The translations under genes were made by a program, and so were the position numbers. 64,000 nt of DNA from NCBI RefSeq assembly GCF_009914755.1, contig NC_060938.1; one strand, given 5' to 3'. Source of the DNA: the human T2T-CHM13v2.0 reference genome, Homo sapiens. Position 1 is the first letter of the stretch. Every line of letters starts with the position of its first letter. Positions 26,301-42,245 of this stretch are shown here, one piece after another. The notes under the pieces were generated by a model that made no database searches, had not been told where the DNA came from, and saw only the letters and a list, made by a program, of their open reading frames with translations.

Positions 26301-29300
26301 CAAAGAGACTTCGACTCCCACACAATAATAGTGGGAAATTTTAACATCCCACTGTCAGTATTAGACAGATCAATGAGGCAGAAAATTAACAAGGATATGC
26401 AGCACTTGAACTCAGCTCTGGAGCAAGTGGACCTAATAGATGTCTACAGAATTCTCCACCCCAAATCAACAGAATATACATTATTCTCAGTGCCACATAG
26501 CACTTATTCTAAAATTGACCACATAATTAGAAGTAAAACACTCCTCAGCAAATCCAAATGAATGGAAATCATAACAAACAGTCTCTCAGACCACAGTGCA
26601 ATCAAATTAGAACTCAGGATTAAGAAACTCACTCAAAACTCCACAACTACATGGAAACTGAACAACCTGCTCCTGAATGACTACTGGGTAAATAACAAAA
26701 TTAAGGCAGAAATAAATAAATAATTTGAAACCAATGAGAACAAAGACACAATGTACCAGAATCTCTGGGACACAGCTACAGCAGTGTTAAGAGGGAAATT
26801 TATAGCACTAAATGCCCACATCAGAAAGCGGGAAAGATCTAAAATTGACACCCTCATATCACAATTAAGAGAACTAGAGAAGCAAGAGCAAACAAATTCA
26901 AAAGTTAGCAGAAGACAAGAAATAACTAAAATCAGAGCAGAACTGAAGGAAATAGAGACACAAAAAACCCTTAAAAAAATCAATGAATCCAGGAACTGGT
27001 TTTTGAAAAGGTTAACAAAATAGATAGACTGCTAGCCAGACTATTAAAGAAGAAAAGAGAGAAGAATCAAATACACACAATAAAAAATGATAAAGGGTAT
27101 ATCACCACTGATCTCACAGAAATAAAAACTACCATCAGAGAATACTATAAACACCTCTATGCAAATAAACTAGAAAATCTAAAAGAAATGGATAAATTCC
27201 TGGACACATACACCCTCCCAAGAATTAACAAGGAAGAAGTTGAATCCCTGAATAGACCAATAACAAGTTCTGAAATTGAGGCAGTAATTAATAGCCTACC
27301 AACCAAAAAAAAGCCCAGGACCAGATGGATTTACAGCTGAATTCTACCAGAGGTACAAAGAGGAGCTGGTACCATTCCTTCTGAAACCATTCCAAACAAC
27401 AGAAAAAGACGGACTCCTCCCTAACTCATTTTTATGAGGCCAGATACTAAAACCTGGCAGAGACATAACAACAAAAAAAAATTTCAGGCCAATATCCCTG
27501 ATGAACATTGACGCGAAAATCCTCAATACAGTACTGGCAAACCAAATCCAGCAGCACATCGAAAGCTTATTCATCACAATCAAGTTGGCTTCATCCCTGG
27601 GATGCAGGGCTGGTTCAACATATGCAAATCAATAAACATAATCAGTCACATAAACAGAACTAATGATAAAAACCACATGATTATTTCACTAGATGCAGAA
27701 AAGGCCATCAATAAAATTCAACACCCCTCCTTGCCAAAAATACTCAATAAACAAGGTATTGATGGAACGCATCTCAAAATAATAAGAGCTATATATGACA
27801 AACTCATAGCCAATATCATACTGAAAGGGCAAAATCTGGAAGCATTCCCTTTGAAAACTGGCCCAAGGCAAGGATGCCCTCTCTCACCACTCCTATTCAA
27901 CATAGTATTGGAAGTTGTGGCCAGGGTAATTAGGCAAGAGAAAGAAATAAAGGGTATTCATACAGGAAGAGGGGAAGTCAAATTGTCTCTATTTGCAGAT
28001 GACATGATTGTATATTTAGATAACCCCATCATCTCAGCCCAAAAACTCCTTAAGCAACTTCAGCAAAGTCTTAGGATACAAAATCAATGTGCAAAAACCA
28101 CAAGCATTCCTAGACACCAATAATAGAGAGCCAAATCATGAGTGAACTCCCATTCACAATTGCTACAAAGAACATAAAATACCTAGGAATACAACTTACA
28201 AGGGACATAAAGGACCTCTTCAAGTAAAACTACAAACCACTGCTCAAGGAAATAAGAGAGGATACAAATGGAAAAACATTCCATGTTCATGGATAGGAAG
28301 AATCAATATAGTGAAAATGGCCCTACTGCCCAAAGTAATTTATAGATTCAATGCTATTCCCATCAAGCTACCATTGACTTTCTTCACAGAATTAGAAAAA
28401 ACTACTTTAAATTTCATATGGAACCAAAAAAGAGCCCACATAGCCAAGACAATTCTAAGCAAAAAGAACAAAGCTGGAGATACTATGCTACCTGACTTCA
28501 AACTATACTACAAGGCTACTGTAACCAAAACAGCATGGTACTGGTACCAAAAGAGATATATAGACCAATGGAACAGGACCGAGACCTCAGAAATAACACC
28601 ATGCATCTACAACCATCTGATCTTCGACAAACCTGACAAAAACAAGAAATGGGAAAAGGATTCCCTATTTAATAAATGGTGCTGGAAAAACTGGCTAGAC
28701 ATATGCAGAATGAAACTGTACCCCTTCCTTACACCTTATACAAAAATTAACTCACAATGGATTAAAGCCTTAAATGTAAAACCTAAAACCATAAAAACTC
28801 TAGAAGAAAACCTAGGCAATACCATTCAGGACATAGGCAAGGGCAAAGACTTCATGACTAAAACACCAAAAGCAATGTGGCAACAAAAGCCAAAATTGAC
28901 AAATGGCATCTAATTAAACTAAAGAGCTTCTGCACAGCAAAAGAAACTATCATCAGAGTGAACAGCAACCTATGGAATGGGAGAGAAATTTTGCAATGTA
29001 TCCATCTGACAAAGGTCTAACATCCAGAGTCTACAAGGAACTTAAACAAATTTACAAGAAAAAACAACCCCATCAAAAAATAGGCAAAGGATATGAACAG
29101 ACACTTCTCAACAGAAGACATTTATGTGGCCAACAAACATATGAAAAAAAGCTCACATCACTGGTCATTAGAGAAACGCAAATCAAAACCACAATGGGAT
29201 ACCATTTCATGTCAGAATGGTGATCATTAAAAAGTCAGGAAACAACAGATGCTGGAGAGGATGTGGCGAAATAGGAACACTTTTACACTGTTGGTGGGAG

Positions 29301-29905
29301 TGTAAATTAGTTCAACCATTGTGGAAGACAGTGTGGTGATTCCTCAAGGATCTAGAACCAGAAATACCATTTGACCCAGCCATCCCATTACTGGGTATAT
29401 ACCCAAAGGATTATAAATCATTCTACTATAAAGACACATGCACACATATGTTTATTACAGCACTATTCACAATAGCAAAGACTTGGAACTAACCCAAATG
29501 TCCATCAATGATAGACTGGATAAAGAAAATGTGGCACATATATGCCATGGAATACTATAGAGCCATAAAAAAGGATGAGTTCATGTCCTTTGCAGGGACA
29601 TGGAGGAAGCTGGGAACCATCATTCTCAGCAAACTAACACAGGAACAGAAAATCAAACACTGCATGTTCTGACTCATAAGTGGGAGATGAACAATGAGAA
29701 TACATGGACACACGGAGGGGAACATCACATGCCGGGGCCTGTCGGTGGGTGGGGGAGTAGTGGAAGGATAGCATTAGGAGAAATACCTAATGTAGATGAC
29801 GGGTTGATGGGTGCAGCAAACCACTATGGCACGTGTATACCTATGTAACAAACCTGCACATTCTGCACGTGTCCCAGAACTTAAAGTATTTAAAAAAAAA
29901 AAAAA
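23381..29905 (+). mobile_element. Full-length, inactivated L1PA7-like LINE-1
   Basis: 5' caagatggcc (YY1 site), ORF1 from 24695 (stop 25298), fragmented ORF2 with EN and RT ([12 protein letters not shown]), 3' UTR with G-rich tract, poly(A). Confidence 0.95.
24948..25080 (+). repeat. 133-bp direct copy of 23742-23874 inserted in L1 ORF1
   Basis: 130/133 identical to the same element's 5' UTR. Confidence 0.97.
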
Positions 29906-31000
29906 GGAAATAGGAATTCAGCTTTGTTCAGGAGGCTCTTTCCTGGGATCTGCTCCCAGCAGGTGACCTTACTGGATATGATCCACCACATTGGGCTCCA
30001 TATCCTCTCCATGTCTGGACAGGATTCCCAGAACTGCAGGCAGGATATACCTGGAGGAGAGGCAGAAGGTGAGGCTGGGAAGTTGGCCTAGATCTTGAAA
30101 GTACTTGGATTCAGGATCAGTCTCAGGAGATAGGGTTGGACTGTGGAGCACAAGAGGAGAATATCAGTTTTGTGCAGGAGCAAAAGAGTTAAGACTTTGG
30201 ATAGATTTTCTTTTTTGCCAATTCAGACTCGAGGTAATCTGCTGAGAGTAAACAGACACAGGATGTTGGAGAGCAATGAAGATTTACAATTTCCTAGGAA
30301 AGTAATGAGATATTAAAAATGATTGAGTGGTATTAAGCCTCTGTTTGAGATTAGGGACCAAGTGGTCCCTATCCTGAGAAGGCGGAAAATACCTCATCAG
30401 GAAAATTTTAAATTCTGACCTGCTCATTCTGTTGCATTTGCTTCTAGCCTGTATGTAGGGGCAGAAGGAGATGGCAAAATATTCAGGGCAGATGGCTTCT
30501 AAGCTAATACTACCAAGGGAGGAGGCCAGCTGACTTGAGAGTGCCAGTCAGAGAGTAGTAAAAGTGGTGTTGCTGGGGGTTTAGGTGAAATATGGAGTGT
30601 GCAAAGCCATCATGAGCTTGCCAGATGGTGAGAAAATGAGAGCTTGAGAGACTGGAGGTCTTAGTGCAGGCAGAGTAGTAGTGTTTGGATAAACATAGAA
30701 AACTATGGTCAGGTGTGGGATGTTGGAATTTAAAAATTTTGAGGTTTAGCAGTTCTGAGTGATGGCAAATTATCTAGAATGTGGCAAAGAAACTTGGGCA
30801 GTAAAGCAGTCATTGGAATTGATATCAAGAAACTTGAATCTGAGGTTATTAGATAGTCTTAGTCTAAGAGTGGTGGAAAATCACTGAAAAGTTGTAAGTA
30901 AGAAGTGATACGGTCACAGCGATTGTTTAAAAAGATAGCCCAGTTTTTGAGGTTGAGGATGGATTAGTGAGAGGTGAGAGTGGAAGTGGGAAGACCAATT

Positions 31001-32043
31001 ATGTTAGTTTGGGTTCTTCACAAGCAGACCCCAAGACAAGGATTCTCAGCAAGTAGCTTATTTGCTAAATAAATGATTCCAGGAAATCCAATAAGTGGTG
31101 GGGAAGAGAGAGGGAAAGGCAGGAGCAACAAAGGGTGAATTATTAAACAGTTTACAGCTGCAGGTAACTAAAGCTGAATCCCAGCAAGGAAGAGAAACAC
31201 CGGGTGTAGAACACATACTGCTGGCTTACCTCACCTGCAGTGTGAAGGCGTGAAGGGCTGGGGTATATACACATCAGCTCCTGTCAGTTACTGTTTGAGG
31301 AAGCTCCCAGTGGGTAATTTCTTGGTACTTCCTCTGCCACACACATGAGCCTAGTGGGATCTTGTGGCCAGAGAAACTTTTGGGCAAAGGAAAAAAAAAG
31401 GTAGATTCCAGCAGATGAAGGAAGTCTGGCCAGCAAGGACTGAGATGGTAAAGGCAACCAGTCATGAATGGGCATCAAAAAGGATGTGTTGCATCTGTTT
31501 GAAGGCTATTATGTTAATATTAGTACAGACAAGGGAAGAGGTAGCTTGGAAGACAGTTGTGAAAGGATTTAACAGGTGCATAAATGCTACTTTTGGGAAC
31601 ATTACTTTTATATTCTCCATTTTGTTAACCATGCTTGTAAGAGTGCTACATTTTTGTTCCTCTTTTAAAGTAAAGTGCAAGCCCAAGATATTCCAAGTAG
31701 ATAGGAATAAAGTCTGATACTGTTACTCCTGACTCAGGTGAAAAGTGAAGGCAGTGTTGTCCAATAGAAATACTGTGTGAGCCACATGAAAAATTCTTTA
31801 GAAGCTACATGTAAAAAGCAGATAGAATTAATTTTAATAGTACATATTTTTTTACTGCTATAATCAAATATATCAAAATATTACCATTTCAGCATGTAAT
31901 CATACAAAAAATATTGATGAGGTATTTTACGTCCTTCTTGGTGCTAAGGCTTTAAAATCTGATGTGTATTTTACACTTAGAGTATACATCAGTTTCAGTA
32001 AGTCACACTCAAGTGCCCAATAGCCACCATAGAGTGCAGGTCT
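31001..32043. mobile_element. MLT1-type LTR (about 31001-31500) and MER33/MER3-type hAT element (about 31752-32043)
   Basis: gaagcagacc-like MLT1 motif; cagtgttgtccaatagaa terminus. Confidence 0.65.
31671..31737 (+). pseudogene. Probable small GREB1-like pseudo-exon
   Basis: Acceptor tttttgttcctcttttaaAG, donor CAG|GTGAAA. KIFQVDRNKV resembles GREB1 PRYQLYESTL; needs one frameshift. Confidence 0.45.
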
Positions 32044-32335
32044 AAGGGATGGTTTGTTTAAGAGATGTATTCTTATTTCACAGTGTATTATAAATAGCCG
32101 CTACCTAGTAGAAGGAAAATAGTTTGCATTTAAGTATTGAATGTTAAAACTAAAATGGAAGAAGCAATATTAGTATAGTTTTGACTTTCTAAAGAGGAGT
32201 TTCCTAATCATGGTATTTACTTTGACACTGCCAAATCAAGTGGAAGATATAATTTGTAAGCTTTAGTGTGGGTTTCTCCTAGTGACAACTAGATGACTAG
32301 AATGACAACTTTCTTAACAAACTTTTTTGACCTTA

Positions 32336-32771
<436 letters not shown>

Positions 32772-32976
32772 GTAAGTGAAATAACTTAAGACAATATAAT
32801 ACAATGGTCTTTGAGATTATGATTTAATTATCAAGGGTCCAGAGCTATTCAGATGAATGAGATCAAATATTTAAAAATACTCCTATACTTAACAAAAATT
32901 TCATCTTCTAAGATATCTTTATGACAGCCACGGTCAAATGTGGCTCATTTATGTTTTTCTCCTAATTTGGGCATAG

Positions 32977-33025
32977 GGACAGCATAAAAACTAAGGCAAC
33001 TCAGGCCGACTGTGGCTTAACCAAG
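32977..33025 (+). pseudogene. 49-bp GREB1-like pseudo-exon (phase 1->2)
   Basis: Donor AAG|GTAAGG. Its length exactly bridges the phases of 32771 and 34275; two TAA stops. Confidence 0.65.
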
Positions 33026-33608
33026 GTAAGGAGTCTTTATGGCCATACCCAATTTAGGCATAAAATGTTCACTACTGGCTACCAGAATCTCATTTTTATG
33101 AGACCTTTAAGGAGTGTGGGGTGGGTTTCCTTATTTTATAAATAAAGCATTCTTCTGAGGAAGTCTAGTCACTGCTTCAAGATTGACTAAGAAAGTAACC
33201 TAGCAAAGTACAAAATAGCTTTGGAGCTTTGGCTTCAGAAATACTTGGATTTAAATCTTGGCTTTACTATTTTTATAAGATATGGCCTCAGTCCTACTAG
33301 ATTCCGTGTTTCAGATATTCCCTATTTATCATAAAGAGATTTTTAAAAAGTGCTTGACTCACTAGATATTTTGCTGTGGTATATAAATCTAAATATGTAT
33401 GTATATTTCTATAAAAATGGGCCGACTCTATGTATTCTGTTTGGTAACCTTTTCCATTTAATATGTTTTAAATGTTTTCTGGCCTGGCACAGTGGCTCAT
33501 GCCTGTGATCCCAGCACTTTGGGAAGCCAAGGCGGCAGGATTGGTTGAGCCCAGGAGTTCGAGACCAGCCTGGGCAATGTATCGAGAACACATCTCTACA
33601 AAAATTTA

Positions 33609-33752
<144 letters not shown>

Positions 33753-34274
33753 TCAAAAAAAAAATTGTTTTAAATGTTCTCCATATCAGTAAACTAATAT
33801 GTTAACAAACACACATCTGTATTATCTTTTTTTTTTTTTTTGAGACAGGGTTTTGTTCTGTGGCTCAGGCTGTAGTGCAGTGGCATGATCATGGTTCACT
33901 GCAGCCTCAACCTCCTGGCTCAAGTGAACTTCCCACCTCAGCCTCCCGAGTAGCTGGGACCATAGGCATGTGCCACCATGCCTGGCTAATTCTTTGGTAT
34001 TTTTTTCATAGAGATGGGGTTTCGCCATGTTGCCCAGTCTGGCCTCAAACTCCTGAGCTTAAACAATCTGCCTACCTCAGCTTCCTGAAATGCTGGGATT
34101 AAAAGCATGAGCCACCACACCCAGCCTGTATTGTCATTTTAATGGTTGCCTAATATTCCATTGCAAGTTATTCTTTATTCTGGGGATTAAAGAGACAAAA
34201 CATATGAATATAACTGGCATCTAGTAATTGTTAAAACTATAAAGAGAAATGGTGCTGAAATTCATATTTCATAG

Positions 34275-35172
34275 AGTCAACCTGCTGGTTGACCTTTTCA
34301 CACCTATCTTTGCTAGCCAGCCATTATCTTGCATGCAGGCAGTCTCCTCCTGCCTTAAAGCAAGACCTCCAAGACCTCTGCAGGAATTGCTTCATACATC
34401 AGGACCAGGAATCCTGTGTCTCAGTCACTGTAGGCACCAGAAAGAAGATGGCTCAGGGACCTGGATAGAAGATGTAGGTCACAAAGATTTTCTCTCATGG
34501 CAAATAATAGAATATTGCAGCTCCTTAGAGAAATAAAAGATATACTGCCCTGTTTCAAGATCTAGGCCATACCAAAGGAAAGAAAAACTTTTGAGAGATG
34601 GTTTTTCAGAACAGAGAGTTAACTTCTGTCTCTGTGAAGTCTTTCATTTCTAGCACCCTGGAGGTGTTTGTTCCCTTCCTTTTGGAATAAAACTCAGCTA
34701 ATGACCTCTCACTTTAGTGAGATTATCAGAACTTGCAGAACATTCCAGATTCCTATTTGAAAATATGTGTTCCTCTTACTACATTCCTAGCCTTAAAATA
34801 TCCTCTTTAACATTCCAAGAATTATTTTTGTAGATGATCTTGGCTGCAGTTCAAAATACTGTAGTGTTTGCTAGGCTAGTTCATAGTCCCTCTCTGAATA
34901 CCATTTTACAGAAGTGTTCTCACCTAGTCTGTGATACAGGCTATCTCCGGAGCTCAGCTTGCATGATCCCTCTGGTCATATGGGACAGGGTGTAAGAGAG
35001 GAATGTTGAGGTCTATTAGCCATTCTTCCTTTTTACTACATCTCCTGGGAAGCTATAGGTGCCAGTGAAAATAGAGTCTGCGGGGAAGGATAGCTGCATA
35101 TTAGGCATCTTATGATGCTGTCCCAGGAGCTTCTCCAACTAAGCCAATTGATGTCTCAATTTCTCAACAGAA
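34275..35172 (+). pseudogene. One or two GREB1-like pseudo-exons (likely 34275-34473 and 34834-about 35172)
   Basis: VNLLVDLFTPIF (cf. IKSPTF); V*ERNVEVY*PFF (34990-35028) vs VKEYEMAIYKKYW; VPVKIESAG vs LPSIFNSAG. Treating 34474-34833 (GT...AG, phase 0) as an intron removes five stops. Confidence 0.7.
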
Positions 35173-36761
35173 GTAGCTGTAGATAGTGAAAGAAAGAGAG
35201 CATCAGTCTTATGGCCAATGAATGCTGTTGAAGTCCTGCTATGTGCCAAATACTGTGCTGCCATTGTAAATAGAAAAATAAACCAGGCAGTAGTGATTCA
35301 GCTATTGTGGAGCTTCTTAATTAATAGAAAAACCAGTAGGTATGAGGCAAATAATGACAACTGTGTTTAGTGATAGAAACAAAGAGGAGATTGACCTAGA
35401 CTAGGGAGTCAGGGAGATTTTCTTAAGGAAGTGACTCTGAGCTGAGACTTGAATTTAGGTGGGTAACAAAGATGGGGGACTGGTACTTCCAGCAAAGGAA
35501 GCACCTTGTGAGAAGGCCCCAGGTATGTTTGAGAACTGGGAGAAGTTCAGCACAGCTAGGGGCAGAGAGCTAGGGAAAGGAATGAGGCAAGAGATGTGCA
35601 TAGGACCAAATCATCTAGAGCTTTATAGTCATATTAATTCCTTTGCATTTTATTTTAAGGGTGATGGGAAGGGGGAAGACAACATATGTATTAATTTTTT
35701 AGGGCTGCCAAAATGCCATGGACTGGTTGGCTTAAACAACAGAAATTTATTTTCCCACAGTTCTGGAGGCTGGAAGTCCAATATCAAGATGTTGCAGGCT
35801 TGGTTTCTTTGGAGGTCTCTCTCCTTAGCTTGCAGATGGCCTCCCTCTTACTGCCTCTTTATATGGTCTTTTCTCTGTGTGTGTGAGCCCCTCACGTCTC
35901 TTTCTTCTTCTTATAAGGATTTCTTCTTAGAAGGACACCGCTCAGATTGGATTGAGATCCCTCCATGATCTCATTTTAACTTAGTCACCTCTTTAAAGGC
36001 CTTGTCTCTAAATACAGTCATATTCTGAGATACTGGGCTTTAACATACAAATTTTATGGAAACATAATTCAGCCATAACACCATACATGTGGCAGTAGTA
36101 TAGAGAATTAATTGGAGAGGGGCAATTATGCAGACCCATAGGAGTCTTGTGAGAGATGATAGCTACCCCATCAGGGTGTGTGCCATGAGGAAAGAGCAAA
36201 GGCAGAGTTTGAGAAACATTTCCATGGAGGACTGATGGCATATGGCAGTGACGTAGAGGGAGGAGCCAAAGATGCCTCCTAAATTTTTGGTTTTTGCATC
36301 TGGTTAGTGGTGTGGTTTGTTTAAAGAACAATGGAGAAAGAGAAACAATGGTTTTGGGGGGAAGATGATGGTTTTATTTCTGCTGATGTTGAGTGGTTGA
36401 TGAGTAGGTTGTTTACTGGAGGAGAAATCAGCCTCTGCAACACACAGAGCTGGGATCATACGGCTCAGCCTCTATAACAGACAAAGTTGCTTGTCGCCTA
36501 GCCCTTACGTTTTACTTTTCATGGAAAAAAAACGTGTAGCCCTTTTCAAAAACATGCTCTTGATATCCTTAGAAATTCAAAATTTGTTAAACTAGGGTTC
36601 CAAGTTAACACTTTTATAGTTAACGTTGTGGAAGATTTAACATTTTTTCATAGTCAGCTTGACTTGTGACTATTATAATGTGCCTAAAGAAATTGCCTGT
36701 TACTGGGTAGGGAACAAGATGACTGAGGTACAAGGTTGGAAAGACAGACTACCCGTTTTGA

Positions 36762-37010
<249 letters not shown>

Positions 37011-38869
37011 TGATCTGCCCACCCTGGCCTCCCAAATTGCTTGGGTTACAGGCATGAGCCACCTCGCCCGGCTTGAATGTTTTATCAGGTGTAAGTATAA
37101 CCTGATTTAAAAAATAAATACTACAATTAAAAAAAATTTTATAATATTTATTTTATTCTCATGATTTTAAAATTTAAATCTTCAGAGCCTGTGGTCAAAC
37201 ATTAGCCACTGATAAAATGGCAACAGGTAACAAATCATATAAGAATATGTTTTCATTGTTCTTACTCTTGATATTCTTAAATCGATATTACTCCTAACTA
37301 GTTTGATTTTTAAATACATCTACCTACTTGCTCAACACCAAAATAAGAGTTCAAAAAAAAAAAAAGAAAAAGAAAAAGAAATTGCCTGTTATCCTTACCC
37401 TGTTTGTGAGGATAAAACCACTCTTTTATTTCCTTTTCTGCATGCTAAGTCTTAGTAAAGAATGCGATCTTGCTCTAAAAACGAAGTCTGTAAAACTCTG
37501 ACGTATGTGGTAAAAAAGGAGTCTTTCTATAGCAGCAGAGTCCCAGGGAGTAGAGTTGTGTGGGAGTTGGTGGCCCTCTCAGTGAGAGTGAGACTGTCAA
37601 TGATAGATGGGGAGCAGAAAAGCAGGGTCAGGAAGCAGAATGTGCTGTAGCCCAAGTGCTGGGTCATGGTCAGTGGTGTTCTTGTGTGCCCTGGGATACT
37701 TGGAGGCAGGCTGCAGCTAGGTCAGAGGTGGGTCAGGAAAGAGCTGAGTTATTTCTGGAAAAGACCGAAGTTTTCCTTGAGTCCCCTGCCCCACGTTGCC
37801 TCAAAGGTCAAGGAGGTGATGCTACCTTGCTAAGAAGTAGCTGTAAGGCAGCCTGGGTGACAAGGCAAAATCCTGTCTCTACAAAAGATAAAAAAAATTA
37901 CCTGGGCTTGGTGGTGCACACCTCTAGACCCAGATACTTGAGAGGCTGAGGTGGGAGGTTGAGGCTGCAGTGAGCCGAGATTACACTACTGCACTGCAGC
38001 CTGGGCAACAGAGTGAGACTCTGTCTCAAAAAAAAAAAAAAAAAAAAAAAAAGTAGCCATAAGGAGAGGAGTTAGAATGACTAGCTGTCCTGGTTTGTCT
38101 GGATCTGGGGCTGAGGGGTTCCTGGAATATGGGGCTTTTGGTTTTAAAACTGGGTTTCGCCATGTTGGCCAGGCTGGCTCGAACTCCTGACCTCAGGTGA
38201 TCCACCCACTTTGGCGTCCTAAAGTGCTGGGATTACAGGCGTGAGCCACTGTGCCCGGCCTGAAATTTATTTCTAATTAAACAAGTTTTCCATAATATTT
38301 TATGAGCAAGAAAATAAAAATTGAAAGTGGAACATTACATAAGAGCAAACAGCCAATGAAAATTAAATGGAGGGTGGAGGGGGGAAGCATTGTCCAATTA
38401 GGGAAACTTTTTTTTTTCTTTATTTTAAAAATAAAGACACACACCTATGAAGGAAACATATTTTTTTTCCTTTTTTTTTTTGAGACAGGGTCTCACTCTG
38501 TCACCTAGGCTGCAGTGCAGTGGCTCGATCTTGGCTCATTGTAACCTCTAACTCCTGGATTTAAGTGATTCTCATGCCTCAGCAACATGGTGAGACCTTA
38601 TCTCTACAAAAAATGCAAAAATTAGCCGCCGTGGTGGCGTGCATCTGTGGTTCAAACTACTTGGGAGACTGAGGTGGGGGGATCACTTGAGCCCCAGAGG
38701 TGGAGGTTGCAGTGAGCCCAGACCACGCTACTGCAACCTAGCGTGGGTGACAAAGCAAGACTGTCTCAAAAAAAAAAAGTAATGCAGACATTGGAATAAT
38801 ATGCAATCCTTTTTTAAAAGGTAGCAGATTGATTGTTCTGATATGTGAAAATGCCCAACACACACTTAA

Positions 38870-39196
<327 letters not shown>

Positions 39197-39581
39197 TAAA
39201 AATTAAAAATATTTAGTGATACACGTTACTAAAATGTCTCAGGTAATTTGGTATGAAAATCATATTTTATTTATTTTTCTTTTTTTCCAGATCCCATAAG
39301 ACTAATGAAAACCACATTTTTCTAAACAGGAAATTAACTATGCAGCATGTATTTAAACAATTATTAGGATAAAATATAAGTATTATTCAGAGAATAAGTA
39401 TAGAGAGTATTTGTGTGTGGTGTCTAAAGAAATTCTATCCCAAATAAATCACTTCTCAGATTATGAGACATAGGTTTGAATACATTCATATTTATTTACA
39501 ATCTAATTGAATGTTCATCCCCACCTTTCACCCACATTGAATATCACCTTTACATAGTTTTTCCATTTTAATGATTATTAT

Positions 39582-39599
39582 TGACCACTAGGGGGAGAA
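39582..39599 (+). promoter_or_regulatory. Candidate CTCF site
   Basis: tgaCCACTAGGGGGAGaa closely matches the CCASYAGRKGGC core in unique AT-rich DNA. Confidence 0.5.
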
Positions 39600-39674
39600 A
39601 CAACAAAAGCTTTGAAATTTTTGATACATTTGAAAGATTATTTAAATGCCAGCTGTGACATGTACTAATTGTAG

Positions 39675-39860
39675 TGAAATATGGATTCACAGAAGGTGCT
39701 AGCATATATTCTTGGTTGTTGGAGATCTGTTGATTCTATGGGGTCCTTCAGAAATAATGTAACAGAAAGGTGATGTAACTTCTCCAAAGGGTGAGGAACA
39801 AGGTGTTCTATGGTTGACCAGCTAAATTAGTTTTGTTCAACTTGTGCCTTTGCCCAAAGA
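39675..39860 (+). pseudogene. GREB1-like pseudo-exon, glycosyltransferase DD-motif strand
   Basis: Donor AGA|GTAAGT (phase 2). IFLVVGDLLILW (39706-39741) vs GREB1 FIVISDDSCVMW. An (AT) slippage near 39705 explains one frameshift; the acceptor is weak. Confidence 0.75.
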
Positions 39861-41175
39861 GTAAGTGTGAAAAATAAACCTGTCTAATTAGAATGAATGA
39901 TGAAAGGATTAAATGCCTTGGACTTCAAAGATGGGAAAAGTGGCAGTAAAGGAAAAATATTAACATAATCAAAACAATTTCCCTATGCTTTGCCTTAAGT
40001 GCACTTGACAATTAATACTTAAAATTATGGGCCAGGTACAGTGGTTCATGCCTGTAATCCCAGTACTTTGGGAGGCCTAGGTGGGATGATCACTTGAGGC
40101 TGGGAGTTCAAGCCCAGCCTGGGCACATAGTGAGACACCATCTTAAAAAACAAAATTACGGTTAAACATATAGAACATATTTGTTAAAAAGTGACTGAAA
40201 ATTCTAACCAGCTAAAGGTGTATTTATCTTAAACTACTCAATATGTGAGTACTTTGAACTCTGTTGCTTAGTTAGAAAATGTTTTTGAACTATTTTTTAT
40301 TCAAGAAATTGCTGACTCTGTTAGTTATGAGAAAAATGTATAAAATATGTTAATTCCACAAATAAATGTTTAAAGTCTACTCAATGCTAGGTACTCAGGA
40401 GACCCAAAACTGGATTAGACATATATATTTTCCTGAAGAAGTTTGTAGACTAAAAAATCTATTCATAAAAACCTATAAAACAAGGTAGATGTGAGACATA
40501 CCATTAGAGAAGAGGCACTTTATGTATTAAGAAGGAAAAAATTATTTCTCTTCTCTTCTCTTCTCTTCTCTTCTCTTCTCTTTCAGAAACAGGGCTTTGC
40601 TCTGTCGCCCAGGCTGGAGTGCAGTGGTGTGATCACAGTGCACTGCAACCTGGAACTCCTGGTCTCAAGCAATCCTCTTACCTCAGCCTTCAAAGTAGCT
40701 AGGACTACAGGTGTGTGCCACAATGCTTGGCTAATTAAAAAAATTTTTTTTTGTAGAGATGAGGTCTTGCTGTGTTGCTCGGGCTAGTCTTGATCTCCTG
40801 CGCTCAAGCAATCGTCCTGCCTCAGCTTCACACGGGGCTGGGATTACAGGCATGAGCCACCATGCCCAGCCTACTTCTATTTTGATGTGTCTATAGGAGG
40901 TCGGGGTAGGAGGTATGAAGACTGTAGGAATCAGAGAAGGTTTTGTGAAGAATGTTGCATTTGAGCAGGGTTTAAAGATATTAAGGATATAGAAATGTGG
41001 CAATTACAGGAAAAACATTTCAAGTTCAGGGAGCACAGTGAGCAAAGGCATGGAGGTAAAATGCAAAGATGTATAAACTTCACACCGGCATTAAACAGAG
41101 GAAAGACCTGGTGATTTAAAAAGATTTAAATCTAATCCAACATGTGACATAAATTTAGTTTCACCTGTGACTGTT

Positions 41176-42245
<1,070 letters not shown>

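Noticed and set aside
23381-29905. Retrotransposition-competent L1
   Set aside because: ORF1 and ORF2 contain several stops and frameshifts.
37186-37226. 41-bp exon candidate with CAG|GTAACA donor
   Set aside because: Not needed for phase continuity between 35172 and 39675 and has no motif match; unresolved.
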